From: Sulfurospirillum sp.
GTDB lineage: Bacteria > Campylobacterota > Campylobacteria > Campylobacterales > Sulfurospirillaceae
Assembly: GCA_045047115.1 (NCBI GenBank)
Contig: JASFYR010000007.1
Span: 1-28,948, forward strand
Length of the DNA stretch: 28,948 nucleotides
Direction of reading: 5' to 3'
The notes beneath the pieces were generated by a model. That model saw only the letters and a list, made by a program, of their open reading frames with translations. It did not search any database and was not told the DNA's origin. Shown in pieces: positions 20,544-28,948 of this stretch. The stretch's first letter is position 1. Each line of letters opens with the position of its first letter. Position numbers and translations under genes: made by a program.

Positions 20544-20553
20544 CCCTGACCCC
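20526..20553 (-). repeat. Right terminal inverted repeat, overlapping last codons and stop of the transposase
   Basis: AAAAAGTTTAAAGTTTAACCCTGACCCC; contains TAA stop 20541-20543. Confidence 0.97.
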
Positions 20554-20583
20554 TATAAGGATTTCTGACCCCTATAAGGATTT
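20546..20583 (+). repeat. Exact 19-bp tandem duplication spanning the right element junction
   Basis: CTGACCCCTATAAGGATTT at 20546-20564 and 20565-20583. Confidence 0.97.
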
Positions 20584-20597
20584 AATGTTTATTTGGA

Positions 20598-20603
20598 TAA
20601 AAT
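20598..20603 (+). promoter_or_regulatory. Candidate -10 (TAAAAT) for gyrA
   Basis: TGGA-TAAAAT 31 nt upstream of the ATG; AGAGGG RBS follows. Confidence 0.5.
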
Positions 20604-20634
20604 AAATACAAATTTATATTAAAGAGGGTGATGA

Positions 20635-23127
20635 ATGGAAAATCTTTTTAACGATAATCAGGATATACAAGAGATAAATATAGAAGACTCTATAAAGACC
20701 AGTTATCTTGACTACTCGATGAGTGTTATAATCGGTAGGGCATTACCGGACGCAAGAGATGGTTTGAAGCCGGTGCATAGAAGAATTTTATATGCTATGA
20801 ATGACCTCTCTATCAGCTCCAGGAGTCCGTATAAGAAGTCAGCCCGTATAGTCGGTGATGTTATTGGTAAGTACCATCCACATGGTGATACAGCGGTGTA
20901 TGATGCGCTTGTTCGTATGGCCCAGCCATTTTCTATGAGGATTCCATCGGTTGACGGACAGGGAAACTTCGGTTCTATTGATGGTGACAATGCAGCTGCT
21001 ATGCGTTATACTGAAGCTCGTATGACACCTCTTTCAGAGGAGCTGCTTAAAGATTTGGATAAAGATACGGTTGATTTTATACCAAACTATGATGACAGTA
21101 TGAGTGAGCCCGATGTGCTCCCGAGTCGTGTGCCAAATCTACTTTTAAACGGCTCAAGCGGTATAGCAGTTGGTATGGCCACAAATATACCCCCTCACTG
21201 CTTAGATGAACTCATAGATGGACTTTTGTTGCTTATAGACAATCCTGAAGCACAGCTTGATGAGGTGATGGAATTTATAAAAGGACCTGATTTTCCAACC
21301 AAAGGTATCATTTTTGGAAAGAAGGGTATTTTAGATGCATATAAGACTGGTCGTGGCCGCATAAAGATAAGAGCTAAAATTCATATAGAGAAAAAAGGTA
21401 ACAAAGATGTAATTATCATAGATGAGTTGCCATATCAGGTAAACAAATCAAGGCTCATCGAGCAGATTGTTGCGCTTGTAAAAGAGAAGCAGGTTGAAGG
21501 AATCAGCGAGATAAGAGATGAAAGCGACAGAGATGGAATAAGAGTTGTTATAGAGCTCAAAAGAGATGCCATGAGTGAGATAGTTCTTAACAACTTATAT
21601 AAATCCACAAATCTTGAAGTAACTTTTGGTGTGATTTTGTTAGCAATTGAAAACAAAGAGCCAAAAGTATTTACTCTTATTGAGCTTTTGCAACTATTTT
21701 TAAAGCATAGAAAAACTGTCATCATAAGAAGAACAATATATGAGCTTGAAAAGGCAAAAGCCAGAGCCCATATCTTAGAGGGTCTCAAAATTGCACTTGA
21801 TAATATAGACGATGTCATCAAGCTTATCAAAGCAAGTGCAGATGCAAAAGAGGCAAGAGAGGGTTTAGTCTCTGCATTTGGACTAAGCGAGATTCAAGCA
21901 AATGCTATTTTAGATATGAAACTCCAAAGACTTACAGGGCTTGAGAGAGAAAAGATAGAGAATGAACTTGAAGCTCTTAGAAAAGAGATGGAGAGACTCA
22001 ATGCAATTTTGAAGAGTGAATCTATACTGAATGATTTGATAAAAAAAGAGCTTATAGAGATAAAAGACAAATTCAAATCCCCTCGTATCACAGATATTGA
22101 AGATAATTATGATGATATAGATATAGAAGATTTGATACCAAATGAGCCGATGGTTGTTACTATAACCCATAGAGGCTACATCAAAAGAGTTCCGCTAAAA
22201 TCTTATGAAAAGCAAAAAAGAGGTGGTAAAGGGAAAACAGCTATAACTACCTATGATGATGATTTTATAGAGAACTTTTTTGTTTCAAATACTCATGACA
22301 CTCTTATGTTTGTGACTGATCGCGGACAACTTTACTGGCTGAAAGTATATAGAATTCCAGAGGGTAGCAGAACAGCAAAAGGCAAAGCAGTAGTAAATCT
22401 AATTCAACTTCAGCCTAATGAGAAAATCATGGAGATTATCCCGACAACTGATTTTAGTGAAGATAAGTCTTTGGCATTTTTTACCAGGAACGGCATAGTT
22501 AAAAGAACAAATCTCGCAGAGTTTAAAAATATAAGATCGGTTGGTGTCAGAGCAATTACACTAGATGAGAGTGATGAGCTGGTAACTGCTAAAATAGCAA
22601 CTCCTGAAATTAAAAATCTTTTTATAGTGACAAAAAAAGGCATGTGCATAAGATTTGATATCGAAGATACAAGAGAGCTTGGCAGAACTGCCCGTGGTGT
22701 TGCTGGTATCCGCTTTAAAGAGGAGGGGGATGAAGTTGTTGGAGCTGTTACAATTTCAAGTGACCAAGAGGAGCTTTTAACTGTAAGTGAAAAAGGTATC
22801 GGGAAGAGAACCACAGCTGAAGAATATCGCCTTCAAAAAAGAGGCGGTAAAGGTGTGATTGCTATGAAGCTTACCACAAAAACAAAAGATTTGGTGGGCG
22901 TTGTCATAGTAGAAGAAAGCAAAGATTTGATGGCACTTGGAAGTAGCGGAAAGATGATAAGAGTTGATATGCAAACTATCAGAAAAGCAGGTAGAAATAC
23001 AAGTGGTGTTAAAGTTGTCAGCGTTTCGGGCGATGATATAGTGGCAAGTATTGCAAGGTGTCCAAAAGAGGAGCCTGAAGAGATAGATGTAATAAGTGAG
23101 GTTGAAACTCCTTCTAGTGATGGCTGA
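20635..23127 (+). CDS. gyrA: DNA gyrase subunit A
   Basis: [29 protein letters not shown] (Thr86/Asp90), AAMRYTEAR, GyrA-box QKRGGKG. Confidence 0.99.
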   Translation: MENLFNDNQDIQEINIEDSIKTSYLDYSMSVIIGRALPDARDGLKPVHRRILYAMNDLSISSRSPYKKSARIVGDVIGKYHPHGDTAVYDALVRMAQPFSMRIPSVDGQGNFGSIDGDNAAAMRYTEARMTPLSEELLKDLDKDTVDFIPNYDDSMSEPDVLPSRVPNLLLNGSSGIAVGMATNIPPHCLDELIDGLLLLIDNPEAQLDEVMEFIKGPDFPTKGIIFGKKGILDAYKTGRGRIKIRAKIHIEKKGNKDVIIIDELPYQVNKSRLIEQIVALVKEKQVEGISEIRDESDRDGIRVVIELKRDAMSEIVLNNLYKSTNLEVTFGVILLAIENKEPKVFTLIELLQLFLKHRKTVIIRRTIYELEKAKARAHILEGLKIALDNIDDVIKLIKASADAKEAREGLVSAFGLSEIQANAILDMKLQRLTGLEREKIENELEALRKEMERLNAILKSESILNDLIKKELIEIKDKFKSPRITDIEDNYDDIDIEDLIPNEPMVVTITHRGYIKRVPLKSYEKQKRGGKGKTAITTYDDDFIENFFVSNTHDTLMFVTDRGQLYWLKVYRIPEGSRTAKGKAVVNLIQLQPNEKIMEIIPTTDFSEDKSLAFFTRNGIVKRTNLAEFKNIRSVGVRAITLDESDELVTAKIATPEIKNLFIVTKKGMCIRFDIEDTRELGRTARGVAGIRFKEEGDEVVGAVTISSDQEELLTVSEKGIGKRTTAEEYRLQKRGGKGVIAMKLTTKTKDLVGVVIVEESKDLMALGSSGKMIRVDMQTIRKAGRNTSGVKVVSVSGDDIVASIARCPKEEPEEIDVISEVETPSSDG

Positions 23128-23129
23128 TG

Positions 23130-23146
23130 TGGAATAGGAGTTGCTT
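23130..23146 (+). promoter_or_regulatory. Sigma-54 (-24/-12) promoter upstream of flgP
   Basis: TGGAATAGGAGTTGCTT: GG (23131-32) and GC (23143-44) separated by exactly 10 nt. Confidence 0.75.
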
Positions 23147-23176
23147 ATATATTTAAAATTTTTTAAAAGGTGCGTT

Positions 23177-23689
23177 ATGAAGAAAATTGTCTATATGGTT
23201 ACAGTTAGCATAGGAGCATTATTGGTATTTTCGGGTTGTAATGGCATGGTGCCACAAGCTCAATCCCAAAAGCCAAAGGTTATCGAGAAGGTGATTATTC
23301 AAAAGGTCAGCAAAGAACAAGTTGCACAGATTATCAGAGATGAAAAATTGATAAAGATTAATTCTATGCCTCAAAAGCAGTTTGTGGTTTATGGAGAGGG
23401 AATAGCGCCTATGAATACAATCTCACCCGCTCAAGCGATAGCGCTTGCAAAAAGAGCGGCTGTCACCGATGCTTACCGTCAATTGGGTGAAAAACTATAT
23501 GGAATCAGAGTAAATGCCAAAGAGACAGTTAAAGACGCAGCTCTTAAGGACTCCCGTATAGTAACTCAGGTAAATGGATTGATTAAAAATGCAACTATAA
23601 CCGAATCAAAATACAAAGATGGTCTTTTTACTGTCAGAATGGAATTAAACATGAACGGAGCCAGGTGGAAAGAAATTTTCTCCTACTAA
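23177..23689 (+). CDS. flgP: Flagellar basal-disk lipoprotein FlgP (LPP20 family)
   Basis: Lipobox VFSGC; GEGIAP, AKRAAVTDAYRQLGEKLYGIRVNAKETVKD; gyrA-flgP-flgQ-flgR-asd synteny. Confidence 0.88.
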   Translation: MKKIVYMVTVSIGALLVFSGCNGMVPQAQSQKPKVIEKVIIQKVSKEQVAQIIRDEKLIKINSMPQKQFVVYGEGIAPMNTISPAQAIALAKRAAVTDAYRQLGEKLYGIRVNAKETVKDAALKDSRIVTQVNGLIKNATITESKYKDGLFTVRMELNMNGARWKEIFSY

Positions 23690-24054
23690 CTCTGCTTTTA
23701 AGTCTAACATGCGGAAGTGACACTTTTTGGTTTTCATATAGAAGTGTCACTTTAAACAAAACATTGATATATGAGCAGAAGCATATATCTCCGCTTACTG
23801 TTCCGTATTCTGGAAAAAGTGTCTCTACATGTAGAATAAAGATAGAGGACAAAAAGTGTAATTCCAAGCTAAATTGCTTAAATTTGAACTTCTATAAAAT
23901 TTTGCCCTGTTTCTATAAATCAACCGCCAAGATAACCTCTCAAAGCCAAGTTACGCTTAAGGGTATAAAGGATGAGACAGAGCTTATAATAGTTCCAACC
24001 AGATTTATAGTAGATTTTAAAGATGATTTTGCTAATATAACTATCCTTAAATAA
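23665..24054 (+). CDS. flgQ: Secreted motility protein FlgQ
   Basis: Signal peptide, FWFSYR, cysteines, PTRFIVDFKDDFA; sits between flgP and flgR. Confidence 0.7.
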   Translation: MERNFLLLTLLLSLTCGSDTFWFSYRSVTLNKTLIYEQKHISPLTVPYSGKSVSTCRIKIEDKKCNSKLNCLNLNFYKILPCFYKSTAKITSQSQVTLKGIKDETELIIVPTRFIVDFKDDFANITILK

Positions 24055-24069
24055 AGAGGCAGGTATATT

Positions 24070-25362
24070 ATGAATATAGCTATTGTTGAAGACGATATAA
24101 ATATGAGAAAATCGCTAGAATTTGCACTAAAAGAGTATAGCGAATTTAGAGTAGTATGCTATAAAAATGCCATTGAAGCTTTAAAGAAGATAGATGACAG
24201 TGTGGAATTGATTATCACAGATATAAATATGCCAGGTATGGACGGAATAGAGTTTGTTAAGAAATTGGATGGTAGGTTTGATATAATAGTTATCACAGGA
24301 AATGCCACATTAAATCGAGCTATCGAGTCTGTTCGCTTGGGTGTTAAGGATTTTTTAACCAAACCTTTTGAAACTGATACTTTGGTTGACGCAATCAAAA
24401 GAAATGTCAAGATAAGAGCAAAAGTATCAAAAAATAAAATAAAAAATAATCCGGGAAGTGATGATTTTTTAGGAACTTCAAGGGAGCTTGAAGCCTCTTT
24501 GGCCCTGGCAAAAAAAGCAGCTAAGACTGATGCCAGTGTGATGTTGCTTGGTCAAAGCGGAGTTGGAAAAGAGTTGTTTGCAAAGTTCGTGCATAAAAAC
24601 TCAAATAGAGTAAACAATGAATTTATCGCTATAAATATGGCAGCTATCCCAGAAAATTTGCTTGAGAGCGAACTGTTCGGATATGTTAAAGGTGCATTTA
24701 CAGATGCTATAAATGACAAAAAAGGTTACTTTGAATTAGCTCACAAAGGAACTATTTTCTTAGATGAAATAGCGGAGATGTCGGTTGCACTTCAGAGTAA
24801 ACTTTTGAGGGTTTTGCAAGAAAGGGTAGTTTACAGAGTTGGAGGAGTGAAACCAGTTCCTGTTGATGTTAGGATAATATCAGCTACAAATGCAAATATA
24901 CAAGAGGCGATAAGGGATGGAAAGTTCAGAGAGGACTTATACTTTAGATTAAATACAATTCCCATAAAAATAGCTCCGCTTAAAGATAGAAAAGAAGAGA
25001 TTCTTGAGATTGCAAGAAAGACTCTCGAAGATGTAAAAAAGAGATATGATTTAGAGCACAGATCTTTTTCTAACGAAGCAAAAGATGCTCTTTTAGCTTA
25101 CGATTGGCCGGGAAATATACGAGAGCTTATATCTGTAGTTGAGAGAGCAGCAATATTAAGTGAAGATGAAGAGATAAGCAAAGAAGATCTTTTTTTAGAG
25201 AGCAGAAGTAGCAAAAAGAGTATAAAAAATATGGAAAAAGAGTTGATACAAGAGGTGCTTCAAAGTACAAAAAACGACATAAATGAAGCGTGTGAGATTT
25301 TAGCTATGAGTAAAAATGCTTTTAAAAGCAAAATTGATAAATACAATATAGAGGTAGGATAA
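24070..25362 (+). CDS. flgR: Sigma-54-dependent flagellar response regulator FlgR (NtrC family)
   Basis: Receiver IAIVEDD..ITDINMP, Walker A GQSGVGKE, ESELFG..GAFTDA, FLDEIAE, WPGNIREL; synteny. Confidence 0.92.
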   Translation: MNIAIVEDDINMRKSLEFALKEYSEFRVVCYKNAIEALKKIDDSVELIITDINMPGMDGIEFVKKLDGRFDIIVITGNATLNRAIESVRLGVKDFLTKPFETDTLVDAIKRNVKIRAKVSKNKIKNNPGSDDFLGTSRELEASLALAKKAAKTDASVMLLGQSGVGKELFAKFVHKNSNRVNNEFIAINMAAIPENLLESELFGYVKGAFTDAINDKKGYFELAHKGTIFLDEIAEMSVALQSKLLRVLQERVVYRVGGVKPVPVDVRIISATNANIQEAIRDGKFREDLYFRLNTIPIKIAPLKDRKEEILEIARKTLEDVKKRYDLEHRSFSNEAKDALLAYDWPGNIRELISVVERAAILSEDEEISKEDLFLESRSSKKSIKNMEKELIQEVLQSTKNDINEACEILAMSKNAFKSKIDKYNIEVG

Positions 25363-26387
25363 TGAGAAAGTATAATGTAGCCATAGCAGGTGCTACAGGA
25401 GCGGTAGGCGAAGAGTTGTGCAGAGTTTTAGAAGATTTGGATTTTCCTGTAGGTGAGCTTTTCCCGCTTGCAAGTGCAAAGAGTGTTGGCTTGGATGTAG
25501 AGTATAAGGGTAAAAATTATAAAGTTAGAGAGCTTACTCAAACTGTTTTTGATGAGTGCGAGATAGATATAGCATTTTTTAGTGCAGGCGGGAGTGTATC
25601 GGCCAAGTTTGCCCCGTTTGCAGCAGAAGCCGGAGCAGTAGTGATAGACAATACTAGTCATTTCAGAATGGATAGTGATGTGCCTTTGGTAGTTCCTGAG
25701 TGCAATCCTGCTGATATAGCCCAATGGAAAAATAAAGGCATCATAGCAAATCCAAACTGTTCAACCATACAGATGGTGCAAGTCCTAAAGCCACTTGATG
25801 ATGTTTTTGATATAAAGAGAGTGGATGTAAGTACCTATCAGGCAGTAAGCGGAGCAGGTAAAGAGGGAATGACAGAGTTGGTAAATCAAATGCAGGACTT
25901 TTTTGCATTTAAACTAGATGAGAGTAAAGTTGAGAAGTTTCAACACAGAATTGCATTGAATGTCATACCTCATATAGATGTTTTTGGAGATAATGACTAC
26001 ACAAAAGAGGAGATGAAGATGGTCAATGAGACTCAAAAAATTCTCCACAAAGATATGGAAGTTAGTGCAACTTGTGTAAGAGTTCCAATCCTAAGAAGTC
26101 ATAGTGAGGCTATAACTGTGCATTTTGCAAATGCGGTTGATGCAAATCGTGCAAGAGATATACTTAAAAATGCACCAAGTATAGTAGTTGTTGATGAACC
26201 AAGTAAAAATGAGTATCCTATGCCTATAATCTCTACTGATATGGATGAGACTTATGTAGGAAGAATCAGGCAAGATATCTATAGAGACAATGTGCTTCAT
26301 CTTTGGTGTTGTGCTGACCAGATAAGAGTAGGTGCTGCCACAAATGCGGTGAGAATAGCTCTTAAATGGATAGAGTTAGAAGAGTAA
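25362..26387 (+). CDS. asd: Aspartate-semialdehyde dehydrogenase
   Basis: GATGAVG, IIANPNCSTIQM, YQAVSGAG, ATCVRVP, DQIRVGAATNA. Confidence 0.99.
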   Translation: MRKYNVAIAGATGAVGEELCRVLEDLDFPVGELFPLASAKSVGLDVEYKGKNYKVRELTQTVFDECEIDIAFFSAGGSVSAKFAPFAAEAGAVVIDNTSHFRMDSDVPLVVPECNPADIAQWKNKGIIANPNCSTIQMVQVLKPLDDVFDIKRVDVSTYQAVSGAGKEGMTELVNQMQDFFAFKLDESKVEKFQHRIALNVIPHIDVFGDNDYTKEEMKMVNETQKILHKDMEVSATCVRVPILRSHSEAITVHFANAVDANRARDILKNAPSIVVVDEPSKNEYPMPIISTDMDETYVGRIRQDIYRDNVLHLWCCADQIRVGAATNAVRIALKWIELEE

Positions 26388-26389
26388 AT

Positions 26390-26893
26390 ATGATAGAGAA
26401 GATATTTGAAGCGGGACTTTGGTCGAGTAGATTTATAACACTTTTAGCAGTTATTTTTGGAGTGTTAGGGGCTGTAGTTTTATTTATTGTGGCAAGTGCT
26501 GATATATATCATATATGCATATCTGCGTATAACTACTATTTTAGAGGTATTCATTTAGAAGATTTTCATACTCTTGTAGTTAGTCAAATAATTGGAGCAG
26601 TTGATTTATATTTGATAGGAGTTGTGCTTTTGATATTTGGTTTTGGTATATATGAATTGTTTATTTCAGAGATAGACATAGCAAGTGAAAAGGGTAAAAT
26701 TTTAAATATAACTAGTCTGGATCAGCTCAAGGATAAAATAGCAAAAGTTATAGTTATGGTCCTTGTTGTAAACTTTTTTCAAAGAGTCTTACATACAAAT
26801 TACAACGGTGCCCAGGAAATGTTGTATTTTGCAGCTTCAATCATGGGGCTTGCAATCGGATTATATTTTTTAGGAAAGGTTGGAAAACATTGA
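26390..26893 (+). CDS. YqhA/UPF0114 family membrane protein
   Basis: Multiple TM segments, [25 protein letters not shown]. Confidence 0.85.
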   Translation: MIEKIFEAGLWSSRFITLLAVIFGVLGAVVLFIVASADIYHICISAYNYYFRGIHLEDFHTLVVSQIIGAVDLYLIGVVLLIFGFGIYELFISEIDIASEKGKILNITSLDQLKDKIAKVIVMVLVVNFFQRVLHTNYNGAQEMLYFAASIMGLAIGLYFLGKVGKH

Positions 26894-27924
26894 TGAGTAA
26901 AATATTTGTAGATGCGTGTAAAGGCAAAAAAACTCCTTATACACCGGTATGGATGATGAGGCAAGCAGGTAGGTATTTGCCGGAGTATATGGAAGTTAGA
27001 GAAAAAGCAGGAGATTTTCTATCTTTGTGCAAAGATCCGCAAAAAGCTTGCGAAGTTTCTCTTCAGCCGGTTGATATCGTAGGGGTTGATGCTTCTATTA
27101 TGTTTAGTGACATACTCGTTGTGCCACTAGAGATGGGAATGGAGTTAAAATTTGTCAAAGGTGAAGGTCCCATTTTTCCAAACCCAATCACTTCAATTGA
27201 AGATATAGAGAAGCTGGATATTCAAAAAGCTGCTCAAAATTTAAAATATGTATATGATACTATCAAGCTTATAAGAGGACAATTGGCAGCCAATAAGGCG
27301 CTGATTGGTTTTTGTGGTGCTCCTTGGACGCTTGCAACTTATATGATAGAAGGACAAGGCACCAAAACATATGCAAAAGTAAAGAAGATGATATACTCAA
27401 AGCCTGAGCTTATGCATGCATTGCTTGCTAAGGTGACTGAGGCTTTAAAGCTCTACATGTCAAACCAAATTAAAAGTGGCGCAGATGTAGTGATGATATT
27501 TGACTCATGGGCTGCGGCTCTTGAGGAGAGTGCTTATTTCGAGTTTAGCTGGAATTATATAAAAGAGTTAACAAGCTTTTTAAAAATAAATTATCCTGAC
27601 GCCCCTATCATTGTATTTCCAAAAGGAATTAGTGGCTATCTTGATAAGATAGATGGAGATTTTGATGTTTTTGGTGTGGACTGGTCAACTCCTATAGAGC
27701 TTGCAAAAGAGAAATTGGGCGATAGGTATGTTCTCCAGGGAAATATGGAGCCGACAAGATTGTATGATAAAAAAGCTATAGATGAAGGTATCGATAAAGT
27801 TATCAATGTAATGAAAAATGAAAGACATATCTTTAATCTAGGACATGGAATTTTACCCGATATCCCGGTAGAAAATGCAAAATATTTTGTGAAATCTGTC
27901 CAGGAAAAAACAAAAAATCTATGA
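26893..27924 (+). CDS. hemE: Uroporphyrinogen decarboxylase
   Basis: [45 protein letters not shown]. Confidence 0.99.
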   Translation: MSKIFVDACKGKKTPYTPVWMMRQAGRYLPEYMEVREKAGDFLSLCKDPQKACEVSLQPVDIVGVDASIMFSDILVVPLEMGMELKFVKGEGPIFPNPITSIEDIEKLDIQKAAQNLKYVYDTIKLIRGQLAANKALIGFCGAPWTLATYMIEGQGTKTYAKVKKMIYSKPELMHALLAKVTEALKLYMSNQIKSGADVVMIFDSWAAALEESAYFEFSWNYIKELTSFLKINYPDAPIIVFPKGISGYLDKIDGDFDVFGVDWSTPIELAKEKLGDRYVLQGNMEPTRLYDKKAIDEGIDKVINVMKNERHIFNLGHGILPDIPVENAKYFVKSVQEKTKNL

Positions 27925-28841
27925 GTGATATAATCTTTGGCCCGATCAATTCTAGAAGATTTGGCAGATCTTTGGGGATTGATCTCTCTCCTGCTTTGAA
28001 ACAATGCAATTTTGACTGTGTCTATTGTGAATTAAAAGGTGCTAAAACCGTAGATCAAATGCGTGATATTGTGAGCGTGCGAAAGGTTATAGACGCACTA
28101 AAACTCGCTTTGGAGAAACATAAAAATATAGATGTCATAACAATAACAGCAAATGGAGAGCCGACTCTGTATCCCTATTTGGATGAGTTGGTGGATGAGA
28201 TAAACAAAATCAAACAAAATCATAAACTGCTCATCTTGAGTAACGGAGCAAATATAGTCAAAAAAGATGTTGAGGATGCTTTAAGAAAAATTGACATAGT
28301 AAAACTTTCACTCGATTGTGCTACAAAAAAATGCTTTAAAAAGATAGACAGACCATACAACAGCATAGATTTGGATACAATTATTAAGGCTATGAAAAGT
28401 TTCTCAAAGAGTTATAAGGGTTCTTTGGTGATAGAGGTTTTAGTGGTTAAGGGTATAAATGACAAAGATGATGAGTTTGAAAGATTAAATACTATACTAA
28501 ATGAGATAAAACCAGATAGAGTAGATATAAGCACTATAGACAGGCCACCTGCATATAGAGTCCATAGAGTTAGTATGTCAAGGCTCAAAGAGCTCTCAGG
28601 TTTCTTGGAAAATCTACATGTAAGTATCGCTTACAGAAAAGACTACAAAGGCGAAAAAGAGAGTTTTAGCGAAGATGAAATCCTATATCTAATCTCAAGA
28701 AGGCCACAAAGTGAAGCTGATATAGAACTTGGTTTTGATGATGACTCAAAAATAAGATTTGAAAAGCTGCTGGAGAAAGAAAATATATATCAGGTTGAAA
28801 TTGCAGGTGCAAAGTTTTTTAAAATAGGTGAGCGAAAATAA
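27921..28841 (+). CDS. Radical SAM protein (wyosine-synthase-like family, function unknown)
   Basis: [41 protein letters not shown]. Confidence 0.9.
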   Translation: MSDIIFGPINSRRFGRSLGIDLSPALKQCNFDCVYCELKGAKTVDQMRDIVSVRKVIDALKLALEKHKNIDVITITANGEPTLYPYLDELVDEINKIKQNHKLLILSNGANIVKKDVEDALRKIDIVKLSLDCATKKCFKKIDRPYNSIDLDTIIKAMKSFSKSYKGSLVIEVLVVKGINDKDDEFERLNTILNEIKPDRVDISTIDRPPAYRVHRVSMSRLKELSGFLENLHVSIAYRKDYKGEKESFSEDEILYLISRRPQSEADIELGFDDDSKIRFEKLLEKENIYQVEIAGAKFFKIGERK

Positions 28842-28849
28842 TCGCCCAC
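28828..28849 (-). terminator. Hairpin, likely terminator for a minus-strand transcript
   Basis: Minus strand GTGGGCGA-ttattt-TCGCTCAC (8 bp with one G.U) followed by CTATTTT. Confidence 0.5.
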
Positions 28850-28948
28850 GAGACCGTTCAAAAATCTGTGTCAATTAGGTAAAATAACAAATACCCAAGG
28901 AGACACAGATGAACATAAAGATAGATGTAGAGCAATTTGCTCGTGATA
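28850..28948 (+). mobile_element. Probable left end of an IS256-family insertion sequence (truncated by window)
   Basis: GAGACCGTTCAAAAATCTGTGTCAA resembles IS256-family ends; TAAAAT 28880-28885, AAGGAG RBS, ORF start MNIKIDVEQFARD. Confidence 0.65.
28909..28948 (+). CDS. N-terminus of probable IS256-family transposase (partial, 13 codons)
   Basis: AAGGAG RBS 28897-28902 and ATG 28909; peptide resembles N-termini of Campylobacterota IS256 transposases as I recall them; only 13 aa visible. Confidence 0.55.
   Translation, partial: MNIKIDVEQFARD

Larger units (their letters stand above)
19719..20553 (+). mobile_element. TIR-flanked RAYT-like Y1 (HUH) transposase element (TIRYT-type), 835 bp
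   Basis: Perfect 28-bp inverted repeats at 19719-19746 and 20526-20553 around a single Y1 transposase gene; interrupts comF-gyrA adjacency; no target-site duplication. Confidence 0.88.

Noticed and set aside
20546..20583. 19-bp repeat as a mini-CRISPR or a classic target-site duplication
   Set aside because: Only two adjacent copies with no spacer and no cas genes; both copies are on the same side of the element.
20890..20904. Fluoroquinolone-resistance changes in the GyrA QRDR
   Set aside because: Thr86 and Asp90 match the susceptible Campylobacter-type sequence.
24510..24516. A7 run in flgR as a phase-variation tract
   Set aside because: The gene is in frame and such A-runs are common in this AT-rich window.
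2972..28004. Many short antisense or overlapping ORFs in the six-frame track (e.g. 2972-3391, 4232-4468, 11050-11460, 21435-21830, 22410-22814, 27636-28004)
   Set aside because: Shadows of well-supported genes, with no RBS or recognisable motifs.

Overview
AT-rich chromosomal window from a flagellated Campylobacterota bacterium (Sulfurospirillum/Campylobacter-like by gene order and protein signatures; this is an inference). Most of it is conserved backbone: partial eptA, ubiE/menG, xseA, mqnF, then aroQ-pepP-folK-flhF-flhG-(membrane protein)-fliA-fliM-fliY-mnmA, then prs-lepA-comF-gyrA-flgP-flgQ-flgR-asd-yqhA-hemE-radical SAM. Accessory pieces are a PfpI/DJ-1 gene, a dCache chemoreceptor convergent with a frameshifted cytochrome c plus a GGCT-like gene, and the probable left end of an IS256-family element at the right edge. 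The standout is an 835-bp element (19719-20553) between comF and gyrA. It encodes a RAYT-like Y1 HUH nuclease with a C-terminal HTH and is bounded by perfect 28-bp terminal inverted repeats (GGGGTCAG...CTGACCCC), with no target-site duplication. Both ends instead carry tandem copies of 'outermost TIR base(s) + adjacent flank': an exact 19-bp x2 on the right and A6G-type units on the left. This suggests an end-localised DNA re-copying activity unlike standard IS200/IS605 peel-and-paste or DDE transposition.
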